Part shown: positions 57,189 to 64,000 of the stretch, piece by piece | How positions within the stretch are numbered: position 1 is the stretch's first letter | Layout: the number at the start of each line of letters is the position of its first letter | Program-made: the position numbers and the translations under genes | Notes under the pieces: generated by a model | Database searches by the model: none | Told to the model about the DNA's origin: nothing | Seen by the model: only the letters and a program-made list of their open reading frames with translations | From: the human T2T-CHM13v2.0 reference genome, Homo sapiens | Reading direction: 5' to 3' (one strand) | DNA length: 64,000 nt | Assembly: GCF_009914755.1 (NCBI RefSeq) | Contig: NC_060927.1

Positions 57189-58249
57189 CTGAAACCTGTA
57201 GCCTGCAGGCTCAGAAAACCAGCTCAACTGAGGAATGTGGGCCTACAGGCATGAAACCTGGTCTCTTTACCCAGTGTAAACAGGAAGCCAGTGATGGTTG
57301 TAATAAGGAAAACTGAGACTCCAGGCAATGAACTGTTGGCAGACAGCACCTAAAGCAAACCTGTGGACCAGGCACTCGGCTGGTAAATAATTGGTGGAAA
57401 GTCAAGAATAATACGATGTCCCCCCTGTCCCCACCACGCACACTGCTGCTATACTTTATCCTAACCAACACACAGCCCCTGTGTAACTGGAGTTGTTAAA
57501 ACCTGACCCTCTGTATTTGGGACTGAAATAAAAGAGAGAGCCAGAGGTGGGTGCATAAAAGCTTTTAGGGAAAAGCATGTGGCTGGTGGCATTCATATCA
57601 GATGACACAGCGTTCCTGTCACATAGATTTAGTTCAGGTGCTTGAAATGCTCAAGAGCCAGCTCGGGGACTTGGCCTTTTGTCTGCCTCTCCTTCAATGC
57701 ACTGCTTGTCACCCTGCTTGTCTCTCTGTAACCATGCCCTCCCCTGGCTTTGAAGGGGCTCCTAGAAATGACTGGAAATGAAGTCCATCTGACTCCAATG
57801 AAATGCCAAATTCATTGAGTATGAAATAGTGCCAACTTTTACTTTCTAGCACTTTGATTTTGAGTCTACAGAGGATTCTTAAGGAAAGAAGTTTATGATG
57901 AAGCCAGAGGAAGCATTCAGTAATCCAACTGGACAAGATTTACTGATCTATGAAAAGGCATCCTGATAATCCAGACTTTGGATAATCCAGACTTTGTTGC
58001 AATAGAATTGTTGAGATGAATTATACTTTGATTTTTAAGAGATCATGGTTTGGTAATGATGATGAGGATGATGTCAGTGATGATTAAGCAGTTATTATTT
58101 ATTGATTCCTGGCAACAAGCTTCCTTTATGGCCTTTGCAATATAACTCCAAATTTCAGGCTCATCTCATTCTGCTTTCCTAATCCTTTATATAATATGTG
58201 AGCACACAAGTGCATGTATGTGCACCCCTCCATTCACAGCGTGTATACA

Positions 58250-58420
58250 AACACTTTATTTCACTTAATCTTTACAACCACCTGATAAGTTTGATACTAT
58301 TAATATTCTTATTTTATGGCAAAGGAACTATAAATTTCAGAGAGGTTGGATAACTTGCCCAAAGTCACACAGCTATGTGAGTATCATAGTTCCAACTTAA
58401 GACCCCTCTGCCTGATCCTA
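58250..58420 (-). mobile_element. MIR
   Basis: cagagaggttggataacttgcccaaagtcacacagcta. Confidence 0.75.
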
Positions 58421-58434
58421 TACTTCCTTTAGTT

Positions 58435-59041
58435 CAGTGGTTCTCAAGAGAGGGTGATTTTTCCCATGGGGGACATATGACAATGTCCCAGTGTCCCAGT
58501 GAGATATTATCGGTTGTCATATCAAATGTATACTTACAAAGGTATATAAAATGTTCTCTGATAAAGACTAATTCAGTTTAGCTAAGTTTAAAGTGCACTT
58601 GTGTGTGTGTGCATATATCTGCATGTGTTCAGAGAGGAGGGTTGAGGCATGGGATAGGATGAGGATGGAAATTACGATGGGTAGAAACCTCTCTTGTGCA
58701 AGGAAAAAGGAGCTACTGCCTCTTCTTATTTGTCTCTACACACTTGAATTTATAGTCACAGGGTCTCTATGAGGATAATTCCAGGAAAAAATATGCAAGG
58801 ATGATATATACAGTCTGTCCAGCAGCGTGACTTCTCAAGTGATTTCAAGTACTGGGTATTGGACGGGCGTGCCCTCTATTACAGGAGACTTCCTTCTATA
58901 CACAGGGAGGTATCTGTCTGGTATCTGGTGGGAGGAGGATAGGGAGGCTGCTTAACATCCTAACATGCAGAAGACATTCTCTGCCATAGCAAAAGATTGT
59001 CTGGCCTAAAATAGCAATAGTCCCAAGGTGAAGAAACTTTG
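58435..59041 (+). mobile_element. MER20 (hAT) interrupted by a 377-bp insertion
   Basis: cagtggttctcaa...ggttgtca | insert | ctggtatctggtggg...aacatccta...aatagtcccaaggtgaagaaactttg; degenerate 8-bp TSD ctttagtt/gtttagct. Confidence 0.85.
58534..58910 (+). repeat. Inserted copy of 56805-57188
   Basis: Manual alignment: about 21 substitutions and 2 indels. Confidence 0.95.
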
Positions 59042-59889
59042 GTTTAGCTGTACAGACAGCCACATTTGTGACTCTACTTCATAGAAAACCAGATGAAATA
59101 TTTGAGTGGAGGTATAGGTATAGGAAACACATAAGAGAAAAAAAGGTCAACTTTTCCCTTGAGTTTGTGGGAAGGCATTGTGGAAGATACAGGATTTAAG
59201 CTTGGTTTTGAGAGATGTGTTGGAGAGTCGGCACTATAGATCTTTTTGGATTAAATCATTGATTGCCAGAGCTGAAGTTTCCTAGGCAAGTGATTTTCAT
59301 TTAAAAAGAAGTAAAATCTTACTTGGAACTCAAATATATAAAACTGATCATAAAAATAGAGCAGCTCTGATGTGATTGAAGAGACTAAAATAAGTTACCT
59401 GCTTGGCTTTTGGCTTTTTGTTGACATCCTCTCCTCGAAGCCTCAGGTACCTGCTGTCCCAACATTATTCACATAGCACTTCCTTTCTTTTCCAGAGAAT
59501 TTAGATTTGGATGATAAATTATATGTACCCACCCAATCTGTGAAGAGATCTAGTGTTCTAAAGAACATGGTTTAAAAATTAATGAATGTAATATTTTCTC
59601 CCTTTTGCAAATGAGGAACATGAATTCTTCCCTAAATATCAGAATTTTAAAACTAAATTTTCTAAAAATTAGAATTTTATAATTCCTGCTCATAACAGCA
59701 ATGTTATAAAGAGAGGACTTCAGGAGTTAAGTCAGGAGACCTGAGTCCAAGCCCTTGCTCAATCATTTACTAGTTATTTGGTATTGGGTAGATCCCTGTA
59801 ACATTTAGATCCTCAGTTTACCTACCAGATCCCCTCTACATTGCCCACAATGCCTAGTATCTTATCCAACAAGAGTTTCCTGAATTTAA

Positions 59890-60990
59890 TTCCTACTCTC
59901 TGTCCCATATCCTATCATGTTTAGGCTATTAACTTCACTTTATGAATATCATTCTTGACTTCTGGGTCTGTGATTATTATTATGAAAAATTTATAGACAT
60001 GGACTTTTTATCTGTATATTTCTTCATGGTCCCAGATTCTATATCCAGTTGCCTATTGAAAATCTCTAAGAGGATTTCTGGTGAGGTAACTCAAACCACG
60101 TGTCTGCAACAAAATCCTCCATCCCTGTATCTTACCATTTCCAATCTGTACCTCTCCTAGGCTTTCTCAACTCAATAATAATATCGCTATCTACCCAGTT
60201 GCTCAGGCCAAAAACCTGGGTGTCATTTTTTTCCTTCTCATTTCTTCATCCCTAAATTCAATCACACCAACACATTCTTTGGCTTGAACCCCCTGCCCCC
60301 CAAATCCCTAATTTAACCAGTTCCGATGGTCTCTACTGCTACACTGTCCAAGCCACCGTCGTATCTTGCCTGGACTCCTGAAGTGAACTCCAAACTCATC
60401 TTGTCTTCCTGCTTCCATTCTTAGCCCTAAGAGCATTCTATTTTTGACTCCACACAGTAGCTAGGATTATTATTATTTGTAAAATAACAGCATACAACAT
60501 TGAACTCCTTCCTAAAATCACATCAATCCAAAGCCCTTAATATGGCCCTGAAGACTCTTCATGCCTAGTGCTTCAACCTCTTTCCTTTGATCACTAGACT
60601 TCTGTCTAAAAGGCGTTTTCTGTGTCCCTTGAAGAAGCTAAATTCATGCCTCCCTTACAGCTTTTGCAGGTGCTGTGTTTTCTGCTTGGAATTTCTTCTT
60701 CACGTAACTAGCTCTTTTTCATTGTATGGGTCTCAGTTGAAGTTTTACCTCCTCAGAAAGACTTGCCCTGAATACAGTATGTGAAGTAACTCTAACTTTC
60801 ATTACTTTTTATCCCTTTACCACATTCTATTTTCCTTCTAGAATTTATCACCTTCAAAATTTTTATGAATATTTTTTGTCTGCAATCACGAGAATGTGAG
60901 CTCCATGACAGCGGGGTTTTTTTGCCTGTCTGTTCAACTTAAAATGTCCCTGGAACTTGTTGTAGGCGCTTCATCAATATTTCTTAAGTA
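59890..60990 (+). mobile_element. L2a
   Basis: cccagattctatatccagttgcctattg...cccagttgctcaggccaaaaacctgggtgtcat...agaatgtgagctccatgacagcgggg. Confidence 0.8.
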
Positions 60991-61390
60991 ATTTCAGATG
61001 CCCTTTCATCTATTAGTGACAAAGAGAGTCAGTTTACAGTACTAATACCGATGCAAATTATTTGTATACTAACAAAATATTAAAGCAGCTAAAACTAAAA
61101 TGGTACTTGGTAGACTTATGTGGATGATAAACAAACTGAAAAAATTACATATTATTTCTGACATTAAGAAGCAAAATTGGGCCTGAGGAAAGTTAGTCTT
61201 AATGGACTTAAGCACAGTTATTAACTGAATTAACTTAATAGAGATAAATTTAACCATTTATGTTTAAGAAGTAAGAATAACTGCAGCCCCAGGAGAGTAG
61301 TCAACTTCTGTGAAGACTGGCTGGGGAGATGAGTATCTCTCAACTTAATCTACAGTAACTAACTTTGTGCCTTCTTTTTTTCTTCTTCAG

Positions 61391-61585
61391 TTGTCTGGGT
61401 TCATGTCTAAGCTTGTTCCAGCTATCCAGAATGCCCACAAGAATTCAACTGGATCTGGAAGAGGAAAGAAACTGATGGTGTTAACTGAACCCATTTTGAT
61501 TGAGACCTACACAGGGCTGATGTCATTCATTGGAAACCGCAACAAACTTGGCTATTCCCTTGCCCGTGGGAGTATTGGTTTTTGA
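61391..61585 (+). CDS. TPRG1: TPRG1 last coding exon (64 aa + TGA)
   Basis: Strong polypyrimidine tract tttttttcttcttcAG. Encodes LSGFMSKLVPAIQNAHKNSTGSGRGKKLMVLTEPILIETYTGLMSFIGNRNKLGYSLARGSIGF*, the characteristic TPRG1/TPRG1L C-terminus. Confidence 0.95.
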   Translation: MSGFMSKLVPAIQNAHKNSTGSGRGKKLMVLTEPILIETYTGLMSFIGNRNKLGYSLARGSIGF

Positions 61586-61804
61586 GAGTCTTTTTGGTAC
61601 CATAAGCATATCATCCACAGATATGTCACTTTGAAAATTCCAGTTTGACCCACGCTATTTTTGGACTGAAACAATTAATTATTTTTAAATGACGCTTTAT
61701 GATTTAGAAATTTAGTATTTCCGAAAATTTAAAAGCTTGATTGGACTGATAGATACACACTTTAGACCTCATACAAGAATAATCAAATTTTCTTAAAACT
61801 AGAA

Positions 61805-61810
61805 AATAAA
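61805..61810 (+). terminator. Candidate proximal polyadenylation signal AATAAA
   Basis: agaaAATAAAtgc about 220 nt after the stop, with a T-rich tract at 61912-61932. Confidence 0.5.
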
Positions 61811-61999
61811 TGCTGCTGAGCCTATCAAATACTGTTATCAAATGAGTGCCTGATCATCAACTCAGGAAAGAAGACTCTAAGTCCTGTTGCTTCAGCTCTC
61901 TAAATGTAGGCTTTTTTTTTTTTTTTTTTTTTAGGTCTTGGTCTTCAGCCCTCTTATCCTGATTTATTCTCTCATTGGGGTCTCACTGTCTCTAGTATT

Positions 62000-62460
62000 T
62001 TAGCTACCACTTGATAAGGATGACTTCCAAATTTATATTCCCATTCCCAATATTTATTCCAAGACTCAGTTTTGCATTTCTGACTGCTAATCATCTATAT
62101 ATCAGTGTCCCAGTGGCCTCTTAATTGAGCATTATCAAAATCCTGTGGTATTTATATGGTCCCAGTTATCCATCCCTGAAGTCTGTCAATTTTGATTTCT
62201 CTAAATTCCTTGCCATGACATCCTATATATGATCACATCTCTATACGGCTTAGCATTGTATTCCGATGCCCAGATGTCAAACTTGAAGCTCATTCTCTTA
62301 TCAAAATTGTTCATGTATTCCTCCTTTCCATTCTTATAGCTGTATTATTAGATCAGGTTTTTAATTCTGCTCAACCAATTATTACCACAGCCTGTTAAAT
62401 GGAATCCCTACTCCAAGGCTGACTGTTTCAATCTATCCTACACTTGGTTTCTAGCTCATT
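62000..62460 (+). mobile_element. L2 fragment within the putative 3' UTR
   Basis: gatgacttccaaatttatattccc...tcctcctttccattc...tcaatctatcctacac. Confidence 0.55.
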
Positions 62461-63769
62461 TACTTATACCATCTTTTGTTCAAATATATATTTTTTAATA
62501 ACAGACCTTTTTCTTCTAAAGAAATCTTTTGTAGAAGCAGCATATACGAAGCAGATAAAAGTAGGTTCAATGCGGTTGGAGTGAAGATGAGAATGCCACA
62601 GGCATCTTTCTTTCTAGGCCTCAGAGGTGCTGCATATGGAATGTCCATGGATCGCAGAGGGTTTTGAAGACCATGTTTTCAAAAACACTGTCTTAACACT
62701 CTATTGTCATTGCTCTTTTCCCTCTTATTTCCTCTTTGTCTCTTCCCGACTTAGATCTAATTTTCAACAACCCAGGAAATTATCTCATATGTTTGCATCT
62801 CTCAAGTTTCTTTTCTTTTTTCTTTCAGAGTCTTATTTTATCTAAATTTATGTAGAAAAAAAAGCTTTGAATGTTGACTACATAGACATTACTACAATAA
62901 GCTTTTTGCCTTTCCCAAGACTCAAAATTGACACATCTTTGTTGATGTTTAAGTTGAAATTCCAGCCAACTTTTTTTTGACTTTTATGTGAAGTTTAAAG
63001 TCTTTTCTTTGAAAAGCTTGCTTCCTCAATTTCAAAGATTTGTCCTCTGATATATTTATAAACATCAATTTAATGCAGACATTCAAACCCTAAACCTTGA
63101 ATAACTCTTATTTTATTTTGTCTTTGTTTACTTCCATTAATTTTTTTTTCTTTCCCTCTCTTCCGCCTTTACAGCACCCACTTTTTCTTCCCCCCATGAT
63201 GGCAAATATTGTTATAGTCCCCAAGGCAGGGAACTTCTATTCAGACTGTAAAAGGAAATGTTGAAATCCATAGCTGTCCTGTCAACAGTAGTGGAATGAA
63301 AAGTCGTTGGATTGTTTTGGCACTGGTTCTGAAGCAGGCATAATTGGCAAATTATTATAATACTGCTGCCCGAAAATCCCCATTTGCCTCAAGATAGTGG
63401 CATTTATTGGCAGAAGCCTCTGAAATGTCCAGCACATTCTTTTGAGTTACCATTTAAGGATCAGCCTGACAATCGACTTCTCTCTGCACATTTGCCCCCT
63501 TTGTAACCTAAGCCAGACTGTTCCCAAATGACCTTCTAAAGGACACAGTGCACCATCATCAATGGAAACAGTTCAGAAAGGATGACAGGAGGGAGATGTT
63601 TCTTAGTTCTGAGAGCCAGTCTGTAACAATGGGATAAGCATTTAATGGAATCAAAGCTGTTTTGCATAAAGAGTGAACTCAGAGACGACAAGAGGGTCTT
63701 TATGAATTCCCTTCACATTTTGTAAAAACTGTCATATATAGGCTATCCCCTTAATTGATAAATGGGATC

Positions 63770-63950
63770 TAGAAAGCGGTATTATGACCAGAGGGTGAGA
63801 AGATTTAGGAATTTGGATAGCAGTTCAAGATAAGAAAGAACTTCTTATAGTTATAAATTTTCAATGATGGAATGGGTTGCTTCTTTAAACAGTGAGCCCA
63901 CCATCACTTGGTATGTTCAAGGAAAGACTAGATAAAGTCGATATTGTGAG
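63770..63950 (+). mobile_element. CR1/L3 3' remnant
   Basis: aagaaagaacttctt...gatggaatgggttgc...gtgagcccaccatcacttggtatgttcaagg. Confidence 0.55.
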
Positions 63951-64000
63951 AGGAATTGCTGTATGATACCGTTTGGAGAAATGATTGACATAATCTTTTA

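Larger units (their letters stand above)
61586..64000 (+). other. TPRG1: TPRG1 3' UTR or downstream region (true end not determinable)
   Basis: Follows the stop codon. A proximal AATAAA lies at 61805; longer isoforms may read past it. Confidence 0.55.

Noticed and set aside
61367-61390. ORF-track N-terminus MPSFFLLQ
   Set aside because: Intronic polypyrimidine tract; the exon starts at 61391.

Overview
AT-rich primate (probably human) genomic DNA. It covers the 3' part of TPRG1 (tumor protein p63-regulated 1, hSac2-domain family, paralog of TPRG1L/Mover) on the + strand. The window holds about 51 kb of one long intron, a 154-nt internal coding exon (51189-51342), a 10-kb intron, and the terminal coding exon (61391-61585) with the start of the 3' UTR. 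The gene call rests on recalled protein sequence, not a database search. The rest is typical mammalian interspersed repeat: 9 Alus, L1PA pieces, L2/MIR/CR1, MLT1 LTRs, Tigger3/MER58A/MER20/MER5, and microsatellites. Almost all ORFs in the track are spurious. I found no new multi-gene system. The most notable structures are a 377-bp locally templated duplication inside a MER20, a MER58A-derived copy that seeded a 40-bp minisatellite next to a hairpin, a twin-primed inverted L1, and an antisense L1 5' UTR whose antisense promoter would point into the TPRG1 downstream exons.
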